In this document: positions 9,682 to 18,503 of the stretch, one piece after another | How the letters are laid out: the number at the start of each line of letters is the position of its first letter | Position numbering within the stretch: position 1 is the stretch's first letter | From: an uncultured Planctomycetota bacterium | GTDB taxonomy: Bacteria > Planctomycetota > Planctomycetia > Isosphaerales > Isosphaeraceae | Length of the DNA: 64,000 nucleotides | Assembly (NCBI GenBank): GCA_963737655.1 | Contig: CAVTTN010000002.1 | Span: 1,888,001-1,952,000 of the forward strand | Reading direction: 5' to 3' | Made by a program: the position numbers and the translations under genes | The notes under the pieces: model-generated | Told to the model about the DNA's origin: nothing | What the model saw: the letters and a program-made list of their open reading frames with translations, nothing else | Databases searched by the model: none

Positions 9682-11109
9682 ATGGATCGACGCATCCTCG
9701 TGGTCGACGACAGCGAGCTGACCTGCCAGCAGATCTCCAACCTGCTGGCCCGGGACGACCGACGGATCAAGGTCGTCCACGACGGCTCCACCGCCCTGGA
9801 GTGGCTCGTCGAAGGGAATTTCTCGCTGGTCTTGACCGACCTGCAACTCCCCGGGATCGGCGGGCTGGACCTGATCCGCGAGATCCGGGCCAAGAACCTG
9901 CCGATCCCGGCCATCGTGATGACCGGATACGCCTCGATCGCCACGGCCGTCGAGGCGATGCAGCTCGGCGCGTACGACTACCTGACCAAGCCGCTCGATC
10001 CGGTCCGCCTGGAAGTCCTCGTCGATCAGGCGCTCAAGGACCGGACGCTCCAGGACGAGGTGGCGGCCCTCCGCCGGGGCCTCCACCGCAAATTCTCCTT
10101 CCACAACCTCTTCGGTCGCAGCGCCCGGATGCGTGAGGTGTTCGCCCGGGTCGCCCGGGTGGCGCCGTCGGCCTGCACGGTCCTGATCACCGGAGAGACC
10201 GGCACCGGCAAGGAGCTGGTGGCCCAGGCGATCCACGACGCCGACCCCGCCCGACGGTCCGGCCCGATGATCGCCGTGAACTGCGCCGCCCTGCCCGAAC
10301 AACTGCTCGAAAGCGAGCTGTTCGGCCACGAGAAAGGGGCCTTCACCGGCGCCGACCGCGTGAAGAAGGGCCGTTTCGAGCTGGCCCGAGGCGGCACGCT
10401 GTTCCTGGACGAGGTCGGCGAGATCCCCCTGGGGATGCAGGCCAAGCTGCTCCGCGTGTTGCAGGAGGGTCGGTTCGAGAGGGTGGGCGGGTCGGAGTCG
10501 ATCGAGGCCAACGCCCGGGTCGTCGCCGCCACGAACGTGGACCTCCCCTCCGCCGTGGCCGAGGGCAAGTTCCGCGAGGATCTGCTCTATCGCCTGAACG
10601 TGGTGACGATCGACCTCCCTCCGCTCCGTGAACGCCCCGAAGACATCCCCGTCCTCGTGAGCCACTTCCTCAAGAGGCTGGAAGAGCGTCGCTATCCGGC
10701 GAAGACCTTCGCCCGGGAGACCTTCGCGAGGCTGGCCCGCTACGAATGGCCGGGGAACGTCCGGGAGCTGGAGCACCTGGTCGAACAATTGCTGCTGACC
10801 AGCCCGAGGGCCCAGATTGCCCCGGAGGACCTGCCCGCCCACCTCGTGGCCACGAGGGAGGAGCCGTTCTCGCTCGACTTCGACCTCCTCCGCCCGCTCC
10901 AGGAGATCACCTCCGAGCTGACCGAGCGGGTCGAGCGGGCGTATCTCCTGCGAGTCCTCGAGAAATACCGGGGCCGGATCGACCGGATCTCCGAGCACTG
11001 CGGGCTGTCCCGGCGGAGCATCAGCGAGAAGCTCCGGCGATATCGGATCGACAAGGCCGACTTCAAGCCCCATCTGGCCCGCCGCCGCGAGATGGCGCTG
11101 GACGAATAG
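9682..11109 (+). CDS. Sigma54-dependent response regulator (NtrC/AtoC family)
   Basis: REC domain (ILVVDD, TD, YLTKP), GETGTGKE, ESELFGHEKGAFTGA, WPGNVREL, C-terminal HTH. Confidence 0.95.
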   Translation: MDRRILVVDDSELTCQQISNLLARDDRRIKVVHDGSTALEWLVEGNFSLVLTDLQLPGIGGLDLIREIRAKNLPIPAIVMTGYASIATAVEAMQLGAYDYLTKPLDPVRLEVLVDQALKDRTLQDEVAALRRGLHRKFSFHNLFGRSARMREVFARVARVAPSACTVLITGETGTGKELVAQAIHDADPARRSGPMIAVNCAALPEQLLESELFGHEKGAFTGADRVKKGRFELARGGTLFLDEVGEIPLGMQAKLLRVLQEGRFERVGGSESIEANARVVAATNVDLPSAVAEGKFREDLLYRLNVVTIDLPPLRERPEDIPVLVSHFLKRLEERRYPAKTFARETFARLARYEWPGNVRELEHLVEQLLLTSPRAQIAPEDLPAHLVATREEPFSLDFDLLRPLQEITSELTERVERAYLLRVLEKYRGRIDRISEHCGLSRRSISEKLRRYRIDKADFKPHLARRREMALDE

Positions 11110-11263
11110 CCCGCGACCGGCCCGAAAAAATTCCGGATCGTCGGATTTTCTTCGCCACCGGACCGCCCGAGGATGGTTTCATGAATGGAGACGTGGTCGG
11201 AGGGCCCGTCTCCCCAACCGGGCGCCATTCCCTCCCTCTCCACTTTTCTCGCGGAGGCGAACC

Positions 11264-11701
11264 GTGAAGCGGTACCTCATTCTGGCGTTCCTGGGCGTTC
11301 TCCTGGCGGCCGTGCCCGATTCGGCCTTCGCCCAGAGGAGAGGCCGGTCCAATAGCCCCGGGATGACCCCGTACGGCCCGGAATTCAGCCCCGCGGAGTG
11401 GAAGCAGGCCGGCGGCAATCCCATGATTTATGAACAGATCATGGAACAAAAGATGATGGCCGCCCAGCAGAAGGCCATGCAGCAAGAATACCAGGCGATG
11501 GTGAAGCAGCAGCAGGCCTACCAGAAGTGGATCAAGGACCAGGCCGCCAAGAAGGCCAAGGGCCAGGCCACCGACCCGATGTACGACCAGATGCTCGCCC
11601 AGGAAGCGGCCGTCCAGAAGGCCCGGGACGAGGCGATCGCCAGGGCCGCCGCGAAGAAGGCCAAGAAGAAGAGCACCTCGAAGTCGGCGGCCAGCAAGTA
11701 G
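11264..11701 (+). CDS. Secreted low-complexity (Q/K/A/M-rich) hypothetical protein
   Basis: GGAGG RBS, GTG start, signal peptide ending AFA-Q, host codon usage. Confidence 0.75.
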   Translation: MKRYLILAFLGVLLAAVPDSAFAQRRGRSNSPGMTPYGPEFSPAEWKQAGGNPMIYEQIMEQKMMAAQQKAMQQEYQAMVKQQQAYQKWIKDQAAKKAKGQATDPMYDQMLAQEAAVQKARDEAIARAAAKKAKKKSTSKSAASK

Positions 11702-11829
11702 AACGAGTCTCGACCTGCCGCCGAACCGTTCCTGCCCGACCAGCAAGGCCGCGTCCTCGAGGGGCGTCTGGCGTCCTGCCCGCAAACGTGAGGGCAGGAC
11801 ACCAGACGCCCTCGTTCCGGTCGGTCTAC

Positions 11830-12309
11830 TCAGGCCGAGGTGGCGACCAGGTCGTCGATCAGCCTCTCCAGGAGTTCGCTGGTGAACTGGCAGGGGACGG
11901 CCTGGCGGCTCCGGGCGGATTCATCGAAGGCGAGCCGCGCGAGCTTCAGGATTCCCGAGCGGTCGATGCGGACCTCGTAATAGGTCCGTCGGCCGTTCTT
12001 CGACGAGGGGGCGCCGCTCTTGAGGACGACCTCGCCGCCGAGGGCGTCGGCCTCGATCAGGGCGAGCGGCTCCATCAGGTACGTCAGGCGGGCGGAGAGG
12101 CGCTGGCCCCACGCCTTGAGGTCGTCCAGGGGCAGGCCGTCGCGGCCGGTGGCGGCGAAGGTCAGCCCGTCGCATTCGATCCCCATCGGGGTCGCCAGGA
12201 GGATCGGCAACTCCAGGCGGTGCGAGCCATCCTCGGCGTGGACGGTCGCCGGGGCCGGGGCCCCGACGAGTTCAGCCACTCCGGCGGCGGTCTTTCTGCT
12301 CAGGCTCAT
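11830..12309 (-). CDS. Hypothetical protein downstream of spoVR
   Basis: GGAGG RBS, host codon usage, LTYLMEPL motif; overlaps the spoVR 3' end. Confidence 0.75.
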   Translation of the reverse strand: MSLSRKTAAGVAELVGAPAPATVHAEDGSHRLELPILLATPMGIECDGLTFAATGRDGLPLDDLKAWGQRLSARLTYLMEPLALIEADALGGEVVLKSGAPSSKNGRRTYYEVRIDRSGILKLARLAFDESARSRQAVPCQFTSELLERLIDDLVATSA

Positions 12310-13825
12310 GGCCGGTACCTCCCAGGGGCCGGATCGTGTGGTCCGACCCGTCGAAAGACAAGAGGGTCGTCCGCCCGTCCACCGAGGTCTCCAGGTGGAC
12401 CGGGCGGGTCCAGAGGCGGTTGAGGTGCCGCAGGGTGTCCTGCGCGTAGTCCAGCTTCAAATCGATCCCGAAGTGCTCCTGCTGGAGGTAGAGCTCGCCT
12501 CGGTTCCGGTAATTCCCGTCCTTGACCCGGATGATCGGCTGGCCGAAGTTCGTGAGCTGGAACAGGAGGCGGTCCTTGATCTTCTTGAACTCGCGACTCT
12601 CGATCTCGTAGGTCTCGTGCTGGTCATTGTACCGGAAGCTGAACATGTTGTGGCGGCGGCAGAAATCCACCGTCAGGAACGTGTCGATGAAGGTCACATC
12701 GGAATGGATTTTGCGGACTTCGTAGATCTTCTGGCGGCCAAGCCCCAGTTGCTTGTCCCATTTCCGGCGGGTTTCGTAGTTGTCGCACTCGTCGTACTCC
12801 GGGCCGAACTGGCCGCGGTCCCAGCGTTCCTCGATGTCCCTCAGCAGCTCGATGCCGAGCTTGTACGGGTTCAACCGCCCGGGGCTGGTGGCCATCGTCC
12901 CGGAGTGGTGGTCGGCGTAATCGACGACCTCCGAGTGGTCGAGGATCCGGGTCGTCATGATCGTCGAGTGCCAGAACGACGCCCAGCCCTCATTCATGAT
13001 CTTCGTCTGGCCCTGGGGGGCGAAGTAGTACGCCTCCTCCCGGACGATCGACAGGACGTCGAGCTGCCAGGCGTTGAGCGGGGCGTGCTCCAGGAGGAAC
13101 AGGAGGACGTCGCGCTCGGGGTTCTCGGGGAACTGCTTGGACTTCTGCTTGTCGGCCTCCCGCTTCTTGGCCTGCTCCTTCAGGAACGCGGGCGGGTTGA
13201 TGAACTCGTCCATGTACTTCTTGCTGGCGAACTTCTCGGAGGCCGAGGAGTCGTCCTCCTCGGGCCGGAAGTCGTACCGGCTGACCTCGTCCCGCCTCTT
13301 GATGAACGGCGAGTGGGGGTCGATCAGGTTCTCCAGCGAGAGGCAACTGTCGATGAAGCTCTCGACGGCCTCCTCGCCGTGCCGGTCCATGTACGACCGG
13401 ATGCGGTTGCCGTGGTTGGCCATCTCATCCATCATCTTACGGTTGGTTCGGCTGAAGCAGATGTTATTTTTGAAAAAATCGTTATGTCCGTAGACGTGGG
13501 CCATCACGAGCTTCTGGTCGACCCTCTGGTTGCACCTCAGGAGGTAGGCGTAGCAGGGGTCGTTGTTGATGACCATCTCGTAGATCTTCTGGAGGCCGTA
13601 GCGGTAGCCCTTGGAGAGCTGCTCGTACTCCATCCCGAACCGCCAGTGGGGGTAGCGGGTGGGGAAGCCGCCGAGCGCGGCGATCTCGGAGAGCTCGTCG
13701 TAGTCGAGGACCTCGAAGATCGTGTCGTAGAAGTCCAGCCCGAAGGCGCGGGCGTGGTCCTCGATCTCGGCCTGGAGCTCGCGGAGGTCGGCCGGGAGGT
13801 TGTGGTCGTTGATGGCGATCGTCAT
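12272..13825 (-). CDS. spoVR: SpoVR family protein
   Basis: [59 protein letters not shown]. Confidence 0.95.
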   Translation of the reverse strand: MTIAINDHNLPADLRELQAEIEDHARAFGLDFYDTIFEVLDYDELSEIAALGGFPTRYPHWRFGMEYEQLSKGYRYGLQKIYEMVINNDPCYAYLLRCNQRVDQKLVMAHVYGHNDFFKNNICFSRTNRKMMDEMANHGNRIRSYMDRHGEEAVESFIDSCLSLENLIDPHSPFIKRRDEVSRYDFRPEEDDSSASEKFASKKYMDEFINPPAFLKEQAKKREADKQKSKQFPENPERDVLLFLLEHAPLNAWQLDVLSIVREEAYYFAPQGQTKIMNEGWASFWHSTIMTTRILDHSEVVDYADHHSGTMATSPGRLNPYKLGIELLRDIEERWDRGQFGPEYDECDNYETRRKWDKQLGLGRQKIYEVRKIHSDVTFIDTFLTVDFCRRHNMFSFRYNDQHETYEIESREFKKIKDRLLFQLTNFGQPIIRVKDGNYRNRGELYLQQEHFGIDLKLDYAQDTLRHLNRLWTRPVHLETSVDGRTTLLSFDGSDHTIRPLGGTGHEPEQKDRRRSG

Positions 13826-13857
13826 GGGACCGGTTCACCCCGAGAGGGAAGGCAAGA

Positions 13858-14130
13858 TCACGCCTGGCTGACGAACTTCCGGGCCTCGGACTCGATCATG
13901 GCCAGGGGCACGAGGAACGGCTTCTTGAGGATCTCGAACTCGACCACGTCGCTGCCCGGGTCGCTCCGGTACGACCCGGCGAGCTCGCCGATGGGGGTCG
14001 AGGCGCGGAACGACCCGGAGTCGGGCGTCCCCTCGAACGAGCCATGCCGGCCCATCCGGTCGACGGCCCGGTCGAACAGGGCCCGGCGACGGTCGGGGTC
14101 GCTGGGATAGGGGACTCGGAACGTGGTCAT
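13858..14130 (-). CDS. Small hypothetical protein (90 aa)
   Basis: GAGGGTG RBS, ATG at 14130, host codon usage; C-terminal KKPFLVP. Confidence 0.7.
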   Translation of the reverse strand: MTTFRVPYPSDPDRRRALFDRAVDRMGRHGSFEGTPDSGSFRASTPIGELAGSYRSDPGSDVVEFEILKKPFLVPLAMIESEARKFVSQA

Positions 14131-14147
14131 GCAGTTCACCCTCGCAT

Positions 14148-14933
14148 TCAGGGATGGTGTCGGGGGGCCAGGGTCGCCTGGACCCATCGGCGGACCTCCA
14201 GGATCCAGGCGGTCTCGTCGCCGAAGGGCCGTCGCGTCCAGTCGCCGATCCCGGTGGCCGTCAAGGAGGGCAGGACCCCGCTGTTCTCGCTCTCGGCATA
14301 ACGGCCGTTCGGCCCGAGCCGGAAAATCTTGACGCCCGAGGCACGCCCGACCCAGACCTCGGGGACGCGCAGCCGCCGGTAGAATCCCAGGGCCCTGCGC
14401 GCCGGGTTCGTGTGGACGACCTCGATCGCCAGGTCGGGCGGCGGGTCGGTCTTCAGGTCGATCATCTTGCCGATCACGAGAGGGGCGCTGGGGATGTAAT
14501 ACGTCTCGTCCCCCTCGACCCCGGCCCGCTTCGCCCGCCGCCAGAGAGTCATCTGGCCGGTCGCCACGTGCGGGATGCTCAGGCCCGTGAGGACCTCCCC
14601 GACGAAGTAGCCGAGCCTCTTCTTCAACAACTCATGCGGCTGGGCGGGCGACACGAGCTGGAGGTTCCCGTCGAGATAGAAGATTTTTGGGACGGATCGC
14701 TCACCCCGGACCCGGAGCAACGTCAGGTAGCCTCGCCAGTCGATGTTGTGGAACTCGACCGGGGAAGAGGACGACACGAGGGTGAGGTCGCCGTCGAGAT
14801 ACATCATCTTGGGGCTGGATTTCTCCCCACGAAGCCGCAGCAGTGTCGTGTATCCTCGCCAGCCGATGCCGCGCAGGACGACGCACGGCTCGTCGCTCGG
14901 GTCGTCTCGGGTCGGAGCGGTCGGCATCGCCAT
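14148..14933 (-). CDS. Uma2/DUF820 family PD-(D/E)xK endonuclease with duplicated N-terminal module
   Basis: EGDETYY, PPPDLAIEV, YRRLRVPEVW; two copies of the W-x-GY...YLDG-x-L segment. Confidence 0.9.
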   Translation of the reverse strand: MAMPTAPTRDDPSDEPCVVLRGIGWRGYTTLLRLRGEKSSPKMMYLDGDLTLVSSSSPVEFHNIDWRGYLTLLRVRGERSVPKIFYLDGNLQLVSPAQPHELLKKRLGYFVGEVLTGLSIPHVATGQMTLWRRAKRAGVEGDETYYIPSAPLVIGKMIDLKTDPPPDLAIEVVHTNPARRALGFYRRLRVPEVWVGRASGVKIFRLGPNGRYAESENSGVLPSLTATGIGDWTRRPFGDETAWILEVRRWVQATLAPRHHP

Positions 14934-15052
14934 CGCGGTCCCCCTTACTTCAACCCTTCGTACCACTTCTCCAGATCGGCCAGTTCCAGCTGCTTCTCAT
15001 TCGACCCGAAGAGCATGACGTCGGCATCCGGTTCACCTCGACGGGGTTCGGA

Positions 15053-15742
15053 TCAGGGCAAGGCCCCGCGGACCCGGGGGACGACGGCTTCGCGGACCCA
15101 GCGGCGGAGCTCCTTGATCCATCCGACGTCGCCCCGGAGGTCCGCCTCGGGCCGGCGGATCCAATCGACGATCTCTTCGGCCTTCAGGAATGGGAACGCG
15201 GGGCTGACGTCGGAGACGGCGTATTTCCGGCCCGGGCCCAGGACCCGGAACGTCAGCCCCTTCTCCGTGCATACCCAGACCTCCGGCACCCCGAATCGCC
15301 GGGAGACTTCGAGGGCCGCGTCGGCCGAGTGGCTGTAGACCACCTCGATCGACAGGTCGGGGGGCGGATCGACCCGGAGGTCGATCTTCTTATTGTTGAG
15401 GACCCGGGGGATGTTGGCCAGGTAGTACGACTGGTCGGGCTCGGTCCCGGATTCTTTCTTCCTGCGCTTGTATGTGGTCGATCCGGCGATGCGGATCGGG
15501 ATGTCGCACTCCTCGCCGATCAGCAGGATGAAGGCCCCGAGACGCTCCTTGTCCCGCTCGTGGAGGTGGCCGGGCGACATCAGCAGGAGGTCCCCATCGA
15601 GATACGTCATCCGGGGTCGGGGCCGTTCCCCCCGGAGCCGGAGCATCCGGCGATACCCGCTCCAGCCGATCGCGCGGAGGAGCACGACCTGATCGGCCTC
15701 GGCCGGATCGCCCGTCGTCCTCTCGTCGGTCACCGTCGCCAT
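15053..15742 (-). CDS. Uma2/DUF820 family endonuclease
   Basis: GSTTY, EPDQSYY, PPPDLSIEV, FGVPEVW; GGAGGGAGG RBS. Confidence 0.92.
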   Translation of the reverse strand: MATVTDERTTGDPAEADQVVLLRAIGWSGYRRMLRLRGERPRPRMTYLDGDLLLMSPGHLHERDKERLGAFILLIGEECDIPIRIAGSTTYKRRKKESGTEPDQSYYLANIPRVLNNKKIDLRVDPPPDLSIEVVYSHSADAALEVSRRFGVPEVWVCTEKGLTFRVLGPGRKYAVSDVSPAFPFLKAEEIVDWIRRPEADLRGDVGWIKELRRWVREAVVPRVRGALP

Positions 15743-15776
15743 GACAGGCCCTCCCTCCATCCCCGCGACGCCCCGA

Positions 15777-15980
15777 TCACCGGCCCCGGCCCAGGAACTC
15801 CTTGATCGAGTCAAAAATCCCTTCTTTGTTACGGATCTCCGACAGCGCCAGGTTCGGCATGTCGTCGAAGGCTTCTTCCAATTCGCGATAGAACTCGCCC
15901 GAGCCGTACGGGCTCTCGACCTGCCCGTAGCCGAAGCAGCGGTCGGGGTCGCAGGGATTGGAGACTCGGAACGTGGCCAT
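15777..15980 (-). pseudogene. Chimeric remnant: 5' end of the 13858-14130 gene fused to the 3' end of yeaH
   Basis: MATFRVSNPCDPDR resembles MTTFRVPYPSDPDR; the rest is identical to the YeaH C-terminus. Confidence 0.85.
15784..15936. repeat. 153-bp direct repeat of the yeaH 3' end (second copy at 17122-17274)
   Basis: 152/153 identical, single synonymous mismatch at 15825/17163. Confidence 0.95.
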
Positions 15981-16071
15981 TCGGTAAGCTCTCGAGACAT
16001 CCGAAACTTATTTCCGTGATCGTCTGAACTTGGAATTCGTCGCCCAAGTCCACAAAATCATGCTGGGTGTC

Positions 16072-16099
16072 TTGACACCCCGGCTGGCCATGATAGGAT
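16072..16099 (+). promoter_or_regulatory. Sigma70-type promoter for the putative small RNA
   Basis: TTGACA-N16-TAGGAT with an extended -10 TG; shares CTTGACACCCCGGC with the promoter at 9566. Confidence 0.7.
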
Positions 16100-16105
16100 T
16101 CTACT

Positions 16106-16196
16106 GCCCGCTCTGGACTCGAAAGGGTTCTTTGCGTGGCTCTTCCTCGCCATTATTGTAACCCACGGCGACCTAGGTCGCCGTGGGTTTCTTTTT
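16106..16196 (+). ncRNA. Putative DUF3800-associated small RNA, convergent with and overlapping the gene 3' end
   Basis: Upstream promoter, 5' hairpin capped by GAAA (16106-16140), 3' terminator hairpin plus U-tract; no ORF. Confidence 0.6.
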
Positions 16197-17109
16197 GCGC
16201 TCCTCGAAGGTCGGCAATGTGGACAATGCTATACAACCTCGATCCATTCTCCCTTTGGCCTGACCATTGGAGTCGATAAATCCAATCGATCAGCGGATCG
16301 AGTTCATTTCGTACAGGTTGCGTCCAGTCTTCGGTCGGCCGGAATACGTGGTTAATGGTGTAAATGACGAGATCCGCCACCCCGAGTAGGGTCGTCAGGT
16401 CCGACCTGGCATAAAGTGGTTCGGGAAGGATTCGTGAACTTCGAACCCTTCCGTTGTGAGTCCTCGTGAAATACCGAGCGATGCATTCATTGAGCTTCTG
16501 ACCTTCGAGACATCGAGGGCCCCCGAGGTCGTCTTTCTGATCGAAGACGCACGCCGCCATCTCACCAAGCGGTCGGGACTCCATGAAATAGTACAGGCGT
16601 TCGAAAAGGTAAACGAGGTCTTTGCGGAGCATCTCCGTCCATTCTTCGGCCGGTGGACGAGGCGCTCTAGGCTCGACGGCCGCCGCCGCGATCTTCACAT
16701 CATGCCGAAGGCACGCCTGGAATATTTCATCGACTAGATCAAGACATGCTAATCCGTAAGCCCGGAATTCCCGCGCGTTCGGGGGTGTCTTTGATGCGCC
16801 TTTCTCGAGGAAGCCGAGGGCGTGCTGCCTTCGGTCCTCTTCGCTCTCGAACGTCGGCGGGGGTGAATCGGGCTTCTTCTTGTTCCTGCCCTCGGCATGT
16901 TGGAAGACTCGCTTCTGGAGCAACCGTTCTCCCTTCGACTCCAGGCCGAAACGGCTCAAAGTCGCCCCAAATTGGCGACGTTCGGCGTCTTTGATGGAAC
17001 GGATAAGGTCCCAAGCTTTCGCCATCGGCACGATGATTCCCCCGTGGACTTCGTAGGGCATCTGCTTCTGATCAGTGCCACTCTCATCAATAAATAGTAG
17101 ATAACTCAT
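16153..17109 (-). CDS. DUF3800 domain-containing protein
   Basis: N-terminal YLLFIDESG, central FDQ, C-terminal LLGVADLVIY; visibly lower GC than the flanks. Confidence 0.85.
   Translation of the reverse strand: MSYLLFIDESGTDQKQMPYEVHGGIIVPMAKAWDLIRSIKDAERRQFGATLSRFGLESKGERLLQKRVFQHAEGRNKKKPDSPPPTFESEEDRRQHALGFLEKGASKTPPNAREFRAYGLACLDLVDEIFQACLRHDVKIAAAAVEPRAPRPPAEEWTEMLRKDLVYLFERLYYFMESRPLGEMAACVFDQKDDLGGPRCLEGQKLNECIARYFTRTHNGRVRSSRILPEPLYARSDLTTLLGVADLVIYTINHVFRPTEDWTQPVRNELDPLIDWIYRLQWSGQRENGSRLYSIVHIADLRGAQKETHGDLGRRGLQ
16160..16196 (+). terminator. Intrinsic terminator (perfect 30-bp palindrome followed by TCTTTTT)
   Basis: AACCCACGGCGACCTAGGTCGCCGTGGGTT at 16160-16189. Confidence 0.75.
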
Positions 17110-17114
17110 CGTGG

Positions 17115-18218
17115 CTATCGCCCCCGGCCCAGGAACTCCTTGATCGAGTCAAAAATCCCTTCCTTGTTACGGATCTCCGACAGCGCCAGGTTCGGCATGT
17201 CGTCGAAGGCTTCTTCCAATTCGCGATAGAACTCGCCCGAGCCGTACGGGCTCTCGACCTGCCCGTAGCCGAAGAGGTTGCACTTGGGGAGCAATTGATT
17301 CCTCAACAAGGCGACGCACTGGCGATTGTCCTCGCCCCAGTTGTCGCCGTCGGAGAAGTGCAGGACGTAGATGTTCCAGTCGGCCGGGGGGTGGTCGGCG
17401 TCGATGATCTTGTTGGCGAGGTTGTAGGCGGAGCTGATCCGCGTGCCGCCGCTCTCGCGGGTGTGGTAGAAGGTGTGCTGGTCCACCTCCTTGGCGATGG
17501 CGTCGTGGATGATGTAGCGGGTCGTCACGCCGTCGTACTGGCTCTTGAGCCAGGTGTCGATCCAGAACGCCTCGATCCGGACGATCTCCTTCTGGTCGTC
17601 GGTCATGCTTCCCGAGACGTCCATCAGGTAGAGGATCACGGCGTTGGAGTGGGGCAGGGGGACCGGGTTCCAGGATCGGTACTGCTTGTCCTCGCGGACC
17701 GGGATGACCACCGGGTCGGCCGGGTCATACGTATTCGAGGCGATCTGCCGCTTGAGGGCCTTCTTGTAGGTCCGCTTGAAGTGGCGGAGGCTCTCGGGCC
17801 CGGCCTGGCGGATGCCGGTGTACTTGTCCTTGTCCTCGATGATGTTGGCGCGGCCCTTGGGGAGGATTCGCGGCAGCTCCAGCCCCTCGCCGAGGATCTG
17901 GGCGAGCTCGTCGAGGGTCAGCTCGACTTCGAGGATGTGGTGACCCGGGCTGTCGCCGGCGCCTCCCGGCTGGTCGCCGTCGGGCGATCGGCCGATGGGC
18001 GTGCCGACGTCGCCGGGGCCCTGGCCGACGCCCCCCGAGTTCTTCGAGCCGTAGCGGAACTCGGGGATCTCGATCTGCGGCAAGGGGATCGAGACCAGCT
18101 CGCCGCCGGTCTTGCCGATCATCTCGCCGTGGGTGATGTACTTCCGCAGGTCGCTCTTGATCTTCCCGCGGACGATCTGTTTGAAGCGGTTGGCGTCCCG
18201 CTCGATTTTTCGCACCAC
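17115..18218 (-). CDS. yeaH: DUF444 family (YeaH/YhbH) vWA-like protein
   Basis: LMDVSGSM, RESGGTRISSAY, HFSDGDNW, FGYGQV; GTG start after GGATAGAGG. Confidence 0.93.
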   Translation of the reverse strand: MVRKIERDANRFKQIVRGKIKSDLRKYITHGEMIGKTGGELVSIPLPQIEIPEFRYGSKNSGGVGQGPGDVGTPIGRSPDGDQPGGAGDSPGHHILEVELTLDELAQILGEGLELPRILPKGRANIIEDKDKYTGIRQAGPESLRHFKRTYKKALKRQIASNTYDPADPVVIPVREDKQYRSWNPVPLPHSNAVILYLMDVSGSMTDDQKEIVRIEAFWIDTWLKSQYDGVTTRYIIHDAIAKEVDQHTFYHTRESGGTRISSAYNLANKIIDADHPPADWNIYVLHFSDGDNWGEDNRQCVALLRNQLLPKCNLFGYGQVESPYGSGEFYRELEEAFDDMPNLALSEIRNKEGIFDSIKEFLGRGR

Positions 18219-18453
18219 GGCCTCTATCCCTCGCCGTTGGGGGAGCGCCGGCCCGAGAGAAGGGGCGGCGCGTCCCGACGGGACCGCCCGCGATCGAGGC
18301 GGCGCATGCCGTCCCCCTGGGCGGTCCCACAGTGCCGCGAAATCAAAGAACCGGGGAGAAAAGGCCGAAGATCGGCGAGGAGGGCGCTGGGTCGAGGGTT
18401 CCGACGTCTCCGTCACCCCGAAGCCGGGGACGACCCAGGAACCGTCTGTGCAA

Positions 18454-18483
18454 ATTCTATTCCGAGGCCTGGGTTGCCGTCAA
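18454..18483 (-). promoter_or_regulatory. Putative sigma70 promoter upstream of yeaH
   Basis: TTGACG-N18-TAGAAT on the minus strand. Confidence 0.55.
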
Positions 18484-18503
18484 ACCCGCCCTGGCCCTCA
18501 AGC

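Noticed and set aside
15777..15980. Novel functional 67-aa protein
   Set aside because: Fully explained as a fusion of two neighbouring gene fragments; no clear RBS
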